In this document: piece after piece, positions 52,040 to 63,975 of the stretch
Layout: the number at the start of each line of letters is the position of its first letter
How positions within the stretch are numbered: position 1 is the first letter of the stretch
From: Octopus sinensis
Taxonomy: Eukaryota
Direction of reading: 5' to 3'
Length of the DNA stretch: 64,000 bases
NCBI RefSeq assembly: GCF_006345805.1
Contig: NC_043025.1
Span: 15,686,001-15,750,000, forward strand
Program-made: the position numbers and the translations under genes
The notes under the pieces: model-generated
The model's database searches: none
The model's input: only the letters and a program-made list of their open reading frames with translations
What the model was told of the DNA's origin: nothing

Positions 52040-52340
52040 CTAGCAGTATCGCCCGCCGTTGCTTGGGTTTGTAAGGGAAATAACTATATAAGCATTTTTA
52101 GAGAGTTACTTCCCTTATATAAACCGAGCAAAAAATGCATTAAAAATGCGGAAAAATGATGGTAAATTTTTTTTTAAATCATAGACTCATCGTAGACACA
52201 CGCTAATACCCAGAAGGGCTCGATATGAATCACGACTATAAGATACCCGCTTTTGGTTAAACTGCACCGCAAAATGTGGGAGTAGTTACGAATCCAAATC
52301 GTAGGAGACAGACACACAACCTTACTTTTATATATAAAGA
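52040..52340 (-). mobile_element. Non-autonomous Helitron (Lep1-like); partial second copy at 52533-52636
   Basis: Minus strand begins A|TCTTTATATATAAAAG and ends with a GC-rich subterminal segment then CTAG|T, i.e. insertion between A and T. Confidence 0.7.
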
Positions 52341-52884
52341 TATACACAGTCTTCTAGTCTCAGATTTTAGTTGAATGATAATGAAATAGATAATATTTGG
52401 AAATAAATTATAACCCTATGATCTCCTCCCTCCACTGTGTTCCATGCCACTCTATAAATAAATTGTTCTCCTAGCTATTCCTGCTACAATAGCCACAACA
52501 TGAATTCTTTCCATCTTCTTGTTCTGTTAAAAGATACCCGGTTTTGGTTAAACTGCACCGCAAAATGTGGGAGTAGTTAGGAATCTAAATTGGAGTAGAC
52601 AGACACACACACAACTTCAGTTTTATATATAAAGATGTATATAGATTTATACATATTTATAGTAATCCCTTGACATATTGTGGTTCACCTGTCTCGGTTT
52701 ATTATCTAAGTTTACGTCAATTCGTCTGCGGTGTTGTTTTGCATTTATAATAAAATAAATATAAAGAAATTATAAAAATAATATTAAAATTATACACAAC
52801 ACAGTACTGTTACTACTTTGTTGATTTTCACCTACCACAGGTGGTTTAGGAGAGTAACACCTGTGATAGTCAAGGGATTACTGT

Positions 52885-53215
52885 CATCATCATCATTGTT
52901 CAACCGTGGTCGAGACAATGGAATTTACTATGTTACGCCAGACTTCACGGTCCATCATGGCATTACGGAGGTCCTGTTGCTGATGCCTGTATCCCTGGAG
53001 ATTACATCAGGGTAGGAGAGTGTGCGCCCTCTGGTATTGCGAGTAGATGGCTTCCAGAGGAGAAGAGGAGAAATTACCTCTTTTTCAGCTCTACAACAAT
53101 GTCCAGCAAACTGGACTCTCCTACCTTTCACAAGAGATGACACAGGTGGTAGTTTCCCATATATTTGCATTTTGGTTGGATGACGCTTCCACGAGAGATT
53201 TTGTACAATACTTAC
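52885..53215 (-). mobile_element. 3' fragment of an RTE-clade LINE
   Basis: NLSWKRHPTKMQIYGKLPPVSSLVKGRRVQFAGHCCR...LLLWKP...GR, followed by a (TGA)n tail. Confidence 0.8.
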
Positions 53216-53543
53216 AATACTTATGTATTACTGTTCAATACTTATGAAATCCACCCAGAAGGCTTTGGTCAGCCCAGGGCTATAATGAAGGCAAAAATGT
53301 ACAATCCTTGAAACCTCAAAGTTACAAGATCATACAAGACTGATTAAAAATTATATTTGACAGAATAATTTGAAAGGTAAGGGGTCAACCAAAGGGGTTA
53401 ACACCCTGTTGTTTGTATTCACTTGCATCCTTTGTACTCTAAGAGCAAAGTACAGGACAGCCTCCCTCCAAAAGGGTTGAAGCAATAACAACAATAATAA
53501 CATTAAAAAAAACCATAAAAACAAGTATGTTTGTGATACAAAC

Positions 53544-53661
53544 CTTGAGATTCAAAGAAATAGGGAACACCCAAACAGCTTAAATATTTCTTCAAGGGGC
53601 TGGGATTATAAGAAGGGGTCTGGGGATCAACCGTCACAGCACCAATATCAAAGTGAGTTCC
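53544..53661 (-). CDS. TtcA-like protein exon
   Basis: TTTTAG / [39 protein letters not shown](G) / GT; 118 bp, phase 0-1. Confidence 0.92.
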
Positions 53662-53938
53662 CTAAAATAAAAAAGAATAAGAAAGAGAAAAATATTTTTC
53701 TAAAAATTTTAAAAAGGAGATGTGGGAGGGAATTTGTAAAGAGTAAGATGGAAGAGGTTTTGGTGGTGGTGGTGGCAGTGGTGGTGGTGGTGTGGTGGTG
53801 GTGGTGATGGTGGTTGTGGTGGTGATGGTGGTGATGGTGGTGGTGGTGGTGGAGGTAGTAGTAGTAGTGGTGGTAGTGATGGCGGTAGTAGTAGTAGTAA
53901 CAATTATAGATAATAATAACAATAAAATAGGATTTTAC

Positions 53939-54061
53939 CTTGCTTTTAGCGTAGAACTGGTATTGGTGAAGAATATGCAGCATAGAGAGGGAATCCTTAC
54001 CCCCAGAGAGGCACAACAACACTCGATCCCCGTCTTGTATCATATTGTAGTCTGTAATGGC
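53939..54061 (-). CDS. TtcA-like protein exon (PP-loop)
   Basis: TCCAG / [41 protein letters not shown] / GT; SGGKDS motif; 123 bp, phase 0-0. Confidence 0.95.
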
Positions 54062-54184
54062 CTGGAGCAATAGAGATAGAAATACGTAAACATTACAGTA
54101 AAAGAAGAGTGTGGTGGGGGTCTGATGAGGGCAGGTCCTTCGTATCTGAAGACCAAGAGGAAAGAGCAGCATGCCCTCATGTCA

Positions 54185-55273
54185 TCATCATCATTTAACA
54201 TCCGTTCTCCATGCTAGCATGGGTTGAACGATTTTGACTGAGGGCTAGCGAACCAGATGGCTGCACCAGGCTCTGATCTTGATCTGGCAGAGTTTCTACA
54301 CCTGGGTGCCCTTCCTAACGCCAACCACTCCGAGAGTGTAGAGGGTGCTTTTTACGTGCCACCGGCACAGGTGCCAGGGGAGTCTGGTTGCGGCCACGAT
54401 CGGTTGGTACTTTTTACATGCCACCGGCACAGGTGCCAGGGGAGTCTGGTAGCAGCCACGATCAGTTGGTACTTTTTACGTGCCACCGGCACAGTTCCAG
54501 GAAGTCTGTAGCGGCCACGATCGGTTTGTGGTGCTTTTTACGTGCCACCGGCACAGGTGCCAGGGGAGTCTGGTAGCAGTCACGATCGGTTGGTGCTTTT
54601 TACATGCCACCGGCACAGGTGCCAGGGGAGTCTGGTAGCAGCCACGATCAGTTGGTACTTTTTACGTGCCACCGGCACAGGTGCCAGGGAAGTCTGGTAG
54701 CGGCCACGATCGGTTGGTGCTTTTTACGTGCCACCGGCACAGGTGCCAGGGGAGTCTGGTAGCAGTCACGATCGGTTGGTGCTTTTTACATGCCACCGGC
54801 ACAGGTGCCAGGGGAGTCTGGTAGCGGCCACGATCAGTTGGTGCTTTTTAGTGCCACCGGCACAGGTGCCAGGGAGTCGGTAGCAGTCACGATCGGTTGG
54901 GCGTTTTTAAACATGCCACCGGCACAGGTGCCAGGGGAGTCTGGTAGCATCACGATCAGTTGGTACTTTTTACGTGCCACCGGCACAGGTCCAGGGGAGT
55001 CTGGTAGCAGTCACGATCGTTGGTGCTTTTAACGTGCCACCGGCACAGGTGCCAGGAGTCTGGTAGCGGCCACGATCAGTTGGTGCTTTTTACGTGCCAC
55101 CGGCACAGGTGCCAGGGGAGTCTGGTAGCAGTCACGATCGGTTGGTGCTTTTTACATGCCACCGGCACAGGTGCCAGGGGAGTCTGGTAGCAGTCACGAT
55201 CAGTTGGTACTTTTTACGTGCCACCGGCACAGGTGCCAGGGGAGTCTGGTAGCGGCCACGATCAGTTGGTGCT
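54185..55273. repeat. RTE-type 3'-end repeat carrying a 62-bp minisatellite (~15 copies, 54345-55273)
   Basis: Unit GTGCCACCGGCACAGGTGCCAGGGGAGTCTGGTAGCRGYCACGATCRGTTGGTRCTTTTTAC; period 62 (54361, 54423, 54485, 54547). Related dispersed copies at about 33065, 39880, 40310, 41820, 56095-56680 and 61560. Confidence 0.88.
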
Positions 55274-57219
55274 TAGCGGTTCGGCAAAAGAGACCGATAG
55301 AATAAGTACTGGGCTTACAAAGAATAAGTCCCGCGGTCAAGTTGCTTGATCAAAGGCAGTGCTCCAGCATGGCTGCAGTTAAATGACTGGAACAAGTAAA
55401 AGAGAGAGAAAGAGAGATATAACTTCCTTACATATTTTTATTTTTATTCTTATTTTTACTGAAGATATTTTAGAATTTGTAGGATTAAGTTGGATCCATT
55501 AATAATAATAATAATAAAAAGAGGGAAATAACGTGAGGATGCACAGGTGGATTATGTATTAGGTATAGCCTGGTAAAACAAACCACCAGTGCCGAAACAC
55601 GTGTAGCGTTGATTAATATTATCTTCTTTCCCCACAGACTAATAACAGGTAAGGTATATATATATATATCTCTTTTACTCTTTACTCTTTTACTTGTTTC
55701 AGTCATTTGACTGCGGCCATGCTGGAGCACCGCCTTTAGTCGAGCAAATCGACCCCGGGACTTATTCTTTGTAAGCCCAATACTTATCCTATCAGTCTCT
55801 TTTGCCAAACCGCTAAGTGATGGGGACGTAAACACACCAGCATCAGTTGTCAAGCAATACTAAGGGGACAAAGACAGACACACAAACACATACACACACA
55901 CATATATATATATACATATATACGACAGGCTTCTTTCAGTTTCCGTCTACCAAATCCACTCACAAGGCATTAGTCGGCCCGATGCTATAGCAGAAGACAC
56001 TTGCCCAAGATGCCACGTAGTGGGACTGAACCCGGAATCATGTGGTTGGTTAGCAAGCTACTTACCACACAGCCACTCCTGTGCCTATCATCATCATCAT
56101 CATCATTTAACGTCCGCTTTCCATGCTAGCATGGGTTGGATGGTTCAACTGGGGTTTGGGGAGCCCGAAGGCTGCACCAGGCCAGTCAGATCTGGCAGTG
56201 TTTCTACAGCTGGATGCCCTTCCTAACGCCAGCCAGTCCGAGAGTGTAGTGGGTACTTTTATGTGCCACCGACACAGGTGCCAGACGAGGCTGGCAGACG
56301 GCCATGATCGGATGGTGTTTGTTACGTGCCCACAGCACGGAGGCCAGTCGATGCGGTACTGGCTACGGCCACGTTCGGATGGTTTTCTTGTGTGCCACCG
56401 GCACTGGTACCACAAAGATACAAATTCCATTGATGTTCATCTATTTTGATTTGTTTTGATTTTGATTTTCACTTGCCTCAACAGGTCTTCACAAGTGTCA
56501 CAAGAAGGAAGGTATGCACAGGTGGACTGACTACGTCCCAGGTAGGAGCCACGGGTTATGGCCTGACTAGTCTTGCCGGGTCTTCGGATGGTGTTTTTAT
56601 GTGCCACCGACACAGATGCCAGATGAGGCTGGCAAACGGCCACGATCGGATGGTGTTTGTTATGTGCCCACAGCACGGAGGCCATATATTATTAAAATAT
56701 GTTTAAATAATTTATAATTAATTCTAATGTACTTTATTCTTATTGTATGTTATAGTAGGTTTTAAAATGCTTACATTATCAAATTAGTATTTTGGATAGA
56801 ATTTCCTATGTGTACTCCAGGAAATAAGGTTGTCCTGAAATTGAAGCTGTGGTCCTATTGGTAAAATCCCAAATTTGTAATAATAATATTATAATTGATA
56901 CTGTTTGCTTTGCATTAGTAAAGTGTAAAATCGTATATATCCTGATAACTTGGAATAATTATTATTCCTTAAGATTAAAAAAAATATTCATAAATATTAT
57001 ATATATATATATATACAATGGGCTTCTTTCAGTTTCTGTCTACCAAATCCGCTCACAAGGCTTTGGTCAGCCTGAGGCTGTAGTAGAAGACACTTGCGCA
57101 AGGTGCCAAGCAGTGGGACTGAACCCGGAACCATGTGGTTAGAAATGCATTCATATTAAAAATATGAAGTCATACAGACACACATGTATTTATATATCTG
57201 GATGTATATATGTATGTAT

Positions 57220-57290
<71 letters not shown>

Positions 57291-57298
57291 CACACACA

Positions 57299-57333
<35 letters not shown>

Positions 57334-57343
57334 CTTTACTTAC

Positions 57344-58819
57344 CTCAATGACTGGAGTGAACAACTCTTTCGGTGGTGAAACCCACAAACTGCCCTCCTT
57401 GGTCACTTTCCGCTGGTCAGTCTTCACCTTTGCTTTGCGGAGACAACACTGGGTCATCTGTGGCTCTGACTTAGGACCCACAGCCCCAGTACCGGTGACA
57501 CCCGGTCCTTTTTCAGACAGTGGTGTCATCGAGGGTTTCATCAACGTTGTAGTTTCATTAAGGGACCTGCAACAGCAGTCCCTACATTCCTTATTTGTAT
57601 CATTATTGATGTCATCATCATTATTGTTGCCATGACAACTGCACTGTGTTGCAGCATGTGTTGCATTGTTGTTGTTACTGCAATGGCAACAGCCACTCTG
57701 CTGCGCTACTGCAAGTCCAACACTATTAACCTCCGCTCCAGTTTTATCCCTCACCTCCTCCGGGGTTTCATCGCAACCCTCCTCTCTTTCGTCCCGATTA
57801 CTCGGGAAGGAACTGTTCGCATTAGCCACCCCTTTCTCCTCCTCCTCTTTTCCCTTCCCCTCTGCGGTCGTTGCTGTCGATCTCTGGAACTTCGATGAGG
57901 TCTTTAGTTTGTAATTTTCAAAGCTAGAGATTTGGCGATTAGGATTAAAATTATAACTGGGTATGTGATTACGATTAAGATTGGAGTTGTTAAAACTAGG
58001 ATTAGAGTTATGATTGGGATTATGAATAGGGTTAACACTGGGATTAAAATTAGGATTGTGATTTAAATTAAGGTTAGGATTATGGCTAGTGTTAAGATTA
58101 GGATTAGGATTTAAGTTAAGACTAGGATTATGATAAAACTTAAGATTAGGACTGACATTAGTGGCATCAGAAAGATGAGAATTTGTAACTGGATTTGGAT
58201 AGAGATGTGGATTAAGAGGATTATAAGCAGTTTCGAGAGTAGTACCAACTGGAATGCTGGTAGGATTAACATTCAAACTGTCAGATTCATGTCCACTGTC
58301 AGACAAGACCAGTGCTTTGTCCAAACTGACTGAAAGATCATCACAATGACCAAATGAAAATCCCCTCTCCAGGAAATTCTTAATCGATTTACAGAACTCT
58401 TCACTATGGCTCATACCAGGGTCACATCGAGGACCCTCACCAATCGCATTTTGTGTCGCCATCTGTGGCAGACTTTCAGCAATTTTGTTGGTAACACCTT
58501 CTTCTTCACGTTTTGGCTTAACTTCTATTTCTTCTTCCACTTCTTCGTCTCCCGGTTTTCCATCTCCTCTCCCTCCTCCTTCTTCTCCAACATCATCATT
58601 TCTGTTATTTTCCGCGACCGCAGTGAGATCAGAACTTTCTTCCTGTCGGTTGGTGTCTGCAAAAGATTTTGGAACAAACGGTAGTGCATCTAATGGGGTG
58701 AAGTTTGTGAAGGTCCCTTCAGAGATACAGGTGTAGGCTTCACATGGCAGCAGGAACCACCTCAGGTGCTGGGTGCCGTTCTCAAAGAGAAGACTTTGAT
58801 CAGGAAGTGATGCTTTCAT
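57344..58819 (-). CDS. TtcA-like protein, 1476-bp exon with a long low-complexity insert
   Basis: TTGCAG / MKASLPDQSLLFENGTQHLRWFLLPCEA...WVSPPKELFTPVIE / GTAAGT. 492 open codons, phase 0-0, splicing in frame to the PP-loop exon. Confidence 0.88.
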
Positions 58820-59132
58820 CTGCAAAGATAAATTAAGAGGCTGTATGTGTGTGTGTATGATTAGATACACTCGTATTTATATATACGTAAACACACATAC
58901 ACATATACTCTTTTTACTCTTTTACTTGTTTCAGTCATTTGACTGCGGCCATGCTGGAGCACCGCCTTTAATCAAGTAACTCAACCCCGGGACTTATTCT
59001 TTTGTAAGCCCAGTACTTATTCTATCGATCCCTTTTGCCAAACCGCTAAGTAACGGGGACATAAACACACCAACATCAGTTGTCAAGCAATGCTAGGGGG
59101 ACAAACACAGACACACAAACATACACACACGC

Positions 59133-59185
<53 letters not shown>

Positions 59186-59752
59186 TACGATGGGCTTCTT
59201 TCAGTTTCCATCTACCAAATCCACTCACAAGACTTTGGTCAGCCTGAGGCTATAGTAGAAGACACTTGCCCAAGGTACCACGCAGTGGGACTGAACTCGG
59301 AACCATGTGGTTGGTAAACAAGCTACTTACCACACAGCCACTCCTGTTTATAAATCCATATATACTGTTTCACAATTGGCGTTGGTTTGTTTACATCCCC
59401 ATAAATTAGCAGACCGGCAAAAGAGAGGGGATAGAATAAACAACAAGCTTGAAAGCGAGTAAAAGATTCTTCAAGGTTGTGCCCCAGCATGGCCACAATC
59501 TAATGACTGAAACAAATAAAAAGATAAAAACTAAACACATTCACCATTCTAAGTCCATCTTAAAACCGTATTTCTATATTTTAACAGAAAATCTTTGAGT
59601 TCTTTCATAAAGCTTTTCTATATTGTAGAAGATACGAGCCGCAGGGGATAAGTGGTACACAGCTGGGATTGAACCAGAAACCTTCATGTTAGTACAAAGT
59701 GGTAGTTCTGATGCAAAGACTGACTGTTTATTAATCAGAGAGCGTTACATAC

Positions 59753-59797
59753 CTTCTCAGCAGTCTTGAACAAGTCTTTCGCTTCTCTTAAACACTC
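59753..59797 (-). CDS. TtcA-like protein exon
   Basis: TCCAG / ECLREAKDLFKTAEK / GTATGT; 45 bp, phase 0-0. Confidence 0.75.
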
Positions 59798-59946
59798 CTG
59801 GAGTTTCATGGATGATGGAGAGACAGAAGAAGAGAGAAAGGAGAACATGATTTAGTATTGTATGATGGTGGTGGTGGTGGGTGTGGTGGTAGTGGTGGTG
59901 ATGGAGGTGCTGGGTTTGATGTTGTTGTTGTTGATGGTGAACCTAC

Positions 59947-60054
59947 CTGGTAATCTGGTACTGAAGAATTGCCGTAGCCATTCTTTTGAGATTTGTATTT
60001 CATGGCACCTGAGGAATAGGAAATATTGCCAAGCCATTTTCTGTCTTTGTACAC
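59947..60054 (-). CDS. TtcA-like protein exon (most 5' exon found in the window)
   Basis: TTCCAG / VYKDRKWLGNISYSSGAMKYKSQKNGYGNSSVPDYQ / GTAGGT; 108 bp, phase 0-0. It has an acceptor, so further exons lie upstream, probably beyond 64000. Confidence 0.78.
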
Positions 60055-60068
60055 CTGGAAACATCATC

Positions 60069-60112
<44 letters not shown>

Positions 60113-60131
60113 TAATAATAATAATAATAAC

Positions 60132-60750
60132 TCAGATACCAGGAAACCCCAAAATGGCAGAAATTCAAAAGATAGTGCTCATGGGAACTGCTCATATCCT
60201 ACGCAAAATACTTTCTATGTAATCTCAAGGTTTAAAACAAACATAATATTCCTATGTATTTTTTTTTAGACATTTACTAGTACAACACCAAAAAAAAACA
60301 ACAAATATATGGCACACTAGGCATAACAACAACGTGAACTTCCAACCTGTTGTCTCTTGAGGTCTCTGGGTGAGATTTGGAGCCAACTTGTACAATCATA
60401 AAGCAAAAGTCAAACATAGAATAATAAAAATAATAATAATAATAATACAAAGACCTGGAAATAGAGGTAACTAGAATGTGGAATCTAATAAGAGAAACAA
60501 TTCCTATCATAGTAGGTGCATTAGGCATGATAAAAAAATATTCAGACAAATACATAACAAAAACACCAGGACTTACAAACACATATAACATACAGAAAAT
60601 TGCACTACTAGGCACTGCACACATCCTACGCAGAACACTTTCAATACAATAACCATCAGAGCATCACAACAAATCACAGCACATACCCAAGGCACACAGA
60701 GCTGCGCTCGGTAGTGAAGTGAAAGCATGCTATAAAAATAAAACTACTGA
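60132..60750 (+). mobile_element. Two Dong/R4-type 3' ends in (TAA)n
   Basis: IPGNPKMAEIQKIVLMGTAHILRKILSM* (from about 60135) and YKDLEIEVTRMWNL...GTAHILRRTLSIQ* (60446-60750), flanked by TAA repeats. Confidence 0.78.
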
Positions 60751-60838
60751 ATAATAATAATAATAATAACAATAATAATAATGATGATAATGATAATAAT
60801 AATATTAATAATATAATAATAATAATAATAATAATAAT

Positions 60839-60876
<38 letters not shown>

Positions 60877-61336
60877 CAACAACAATCCTTTCTATTATAG
60901 GCACAAGGGGCCTGAAATTTTGTTGGAGGGGGTAAGTCAATTACATCAACCCCAGTGTTTCACTGGTACTTAATTTATCAACCTCGAAAGGATGAAAAGC
61001 AAAGTCCACCTCGGTGGAATTTGAACTCAGAACATAAAGACAGATGAAATACTGCTAAGCATTTCACCCAGTGTGCTAACAATTCTGCCAGCTCACTGCC
61101 TTAATAATAATCCTTTCTATTACAGGCAGGAGGCCAGAAATTCTTGGTGAGGGGTGGGGCTAGTTGATTACATCAACCCCAGTGCTCAACTGGTACTTAT
61201 TTCATCGACCCCAGAAAGATGAAAGGCAAAGTCAACCTCAGCGAAATTTGTACTCGGAACATAGCAACAGGTGAAATACTGCTAAGCATTTCATTCAGCG
61301 TGCTAACGATTCTGCCAGCTCGTCAACTTCACTGCC

Positions 61337-61401
<65 letters not shown>

Positions 61402-62061
61402 CCTTTCTACTGGAGGCACAAGGCCTCAAATTTGTTGAGAGGAGACAAGTTAATTACATCGACCCCAGTGTTTCACTGGTACTTCATTTATTGACCCCCA
61501 AAAGGATAAAAGGCAAAGCCAACCTCAGCAGAATTTGAACCCAGACTGTTTGGTTCCGGTGGCACGTAAAAAGCACCATCTGATTTTGGTCGATGCCAGC
61601 CCCCTCTAGCCCCTGTGCCAGAGGCATGTAAAAAAGCATACACTACACTCTTGGAGTGGTTGGCGTTAGGAAGGGCATCCAGCTGTAGAAACTCTGCCAG
61701 ATCAGACTGGAACCTGGTGCAGCCCCTGGCTTCCCAGACCCCAGTCGAACCATCCAACAATGATGATGATGATGATGAATGTAGCTACAGATGAAATACC
61801 ACTAAGCATTTCACCTGGCGTGATAACGATTCTGCCAGCTCACCACCTTCACCGCCTTAATAATAAGAAGAAAAATCCTTTCTATTACAGGCACAAGGCC
61901 TGAAATTTTTTTACAGGTGGAACTAGTGAATTACGTGAGCCCCTGAAAGGATGAGAGGCAAAGACAACCTCAGGAGAATTTGAACCCAGAATGTAAAGGC
62001 ATTTTTCTTGGAGAGTTATTGGCTCTGCAAACTCATCACTGTTAATAATAATAATAACAGT

Positions 62062-62400
62062 GAAGGCACATGGCTCAGTGGTTAGAGCATCGAGCTTACA
62101 ATCGTGAGGTTGTGAGTTCGAATCCCGGACTGGGCTGCATGTTATGTTCTTGAGCAAGACACTTTATTTCACGTTGCCCCAGTTTACTCATCTGTAGAAA
62201 TGATATGCGACATCACTGGTGCCAAGCTGTATCAGCCCCTTTGCCTTTCCCTTGGATAACATGAGTGGTGTGGAGAGGGGAGGCTGGGATGCATGGGTCA
62301 CTGCTGGCCTTCCACAAAACAACCTTGCCCGGACTTGTGCCTGGGAGGGTAACTTTCTAGGTGCAATCCCATGGTTAGTCGTGACCAAAAGGGGTCTCAG
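62062..62400 (+). mobile_element. tRNA-derived SINE, same family as 27242-27580
   Basis: A box TGGCTCAGTGG, B box GTTCGAATCC, same body and tail. Confidence 0.85.
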
Positions 62401-62827
62401 CAATAACAACAGTTTGAAATTCCAGCACAGGACCAGCAATTTTGGGTGAGTGGAGAAGTCGATTGCATTGACCATAAAACTTAGCTGGTACTTATTTTAT
62501 TGACCCTGGAAAGGAGAAAGGCAAAATTAACCTGAGCAGAATTTGAACTCAAAAAATAACTATGCATTTTACCTGCTGTGCTAACGATTTGCCCCTTAAT
62601 AATAATAATAGTCCTTTCTACTAAAGGCACAAGGCCTGAAATTTTGGGGGAGGGGACTAGTCGATTACGTCGACCCTTGTGTTTCACTGGTACTTAATTT
62701 ATCGACCCCGAAAGGATGAACGACAAAGTTGACCTCGGTGGAATTTGAACCCAGAGCATAAAGACGGATGAAATGCTGCTAAGCATTTTGCCCGGCACTC
62801 TAATGCTTCTGCCAGCTTGCTGCCTTT

Positions 62828-63031
62828 AATAATAATAATAATAATAAATAATAATAATAATAATAAATAATAATAATAATAATAAATAATAATAATAAAT
62901 AATAATAATAAATAATAATAATAATAATAATAATAAATAATAATAATAAATAGTAATGATAATGGTAATATAATAATAATAATATAATAATAATAATAAT
63001 AATAAATAATAATAATAATAATAATAAATAG

Positions 63032-63062
<31 letters not shown>

Positions 63063-63144
63063 TATAATAATAATAAATAGTATGATAATGGTAATAATAA
63101 TAATAATATAAATAATAATAATAATAATAATAATAATAGTAATG

Positions 63145-63180
<36 letters not shown>

Positions 63181-63516
63181 TAATAATAATAATAATAAAT
63201 AATAAAATAATAATAATAATAATAAATAATAATAATAATAAATAATAATAATAATAATAATAATATAATAAATAATAATAATAATAAATAATAATATAAT
63301 AATAATAAATAGTAATGATAATGGTATAATAATAATAATAATAATAATATAATAATAATATAATAATAATAAATAATAATAATATAATAAAATAATAAAA
63401 TAAATAATAATAAATAGTAATGATAATGGTAATAAAATAATAAATAATAATAATAATAAATAATAAATAATAAAATAATAATAATAATAATAATGATAAT
63501 AAAAATAATGATAATA

Positions 63517-63549
<33 letters not shown>

Positions 63550-63572
63550 TAATAATAATAATAGTAATGATA

Positions 63573-63619
<47 letters not shown>

Positions 63620-63866
63620 TAATAATAATAATAAATAATAATAATAATAATAATAATAAATAATAATATAATATAATAATAATAATAATAAATAATAAAT
63701 AATAATAATAAATAATAATAATAATAAATAATAATAATAATAATAATAGTAATGATAATGGTAATAATAATAATAATAATAATAAATAATAATAATAATA
63801 ATAATAAATAGTAATGATAATGGTAATAATAATAATAATAATAATATAATAATAATAATAATAATA

Positions 63867-63901
<35 letters not shown>

Positions 63902-63937
63902 GTAATGATAATGGTAATAATAATAATAATAATAATA

Positions 63938-63975
<38 letters not shown>

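Noticed and set aside
43194-54061. Calling the gene CTU1/NCS6
   Set aside because: It lacks the flanking zinc-finger CXXC motifs of CTU1/TtuA. The motif wording (CSFCSRMKRG, IRPLVYVRE, second CXXC near the C-terminus) follows TtcA.
57950-58250. Interstitial telomeric repeat
   Set aside because: The units are degenerate TTAGGA rather than TTAGGG and lie inside an open coding exon; reported instead as an Asn-Pro coding repeat.
58820-58870. 5' extension of the 566-aa ORF, and its 3' VCVC tail below 57344
   Set aside because: These parts are intronic: the acceptor is at 58820-58821 and the donor at 57342-57343.
25810-62400. tRNA genes
   Set aside because: A/B-box heads continue into SINE bodies and do not form complete cloverleaves.
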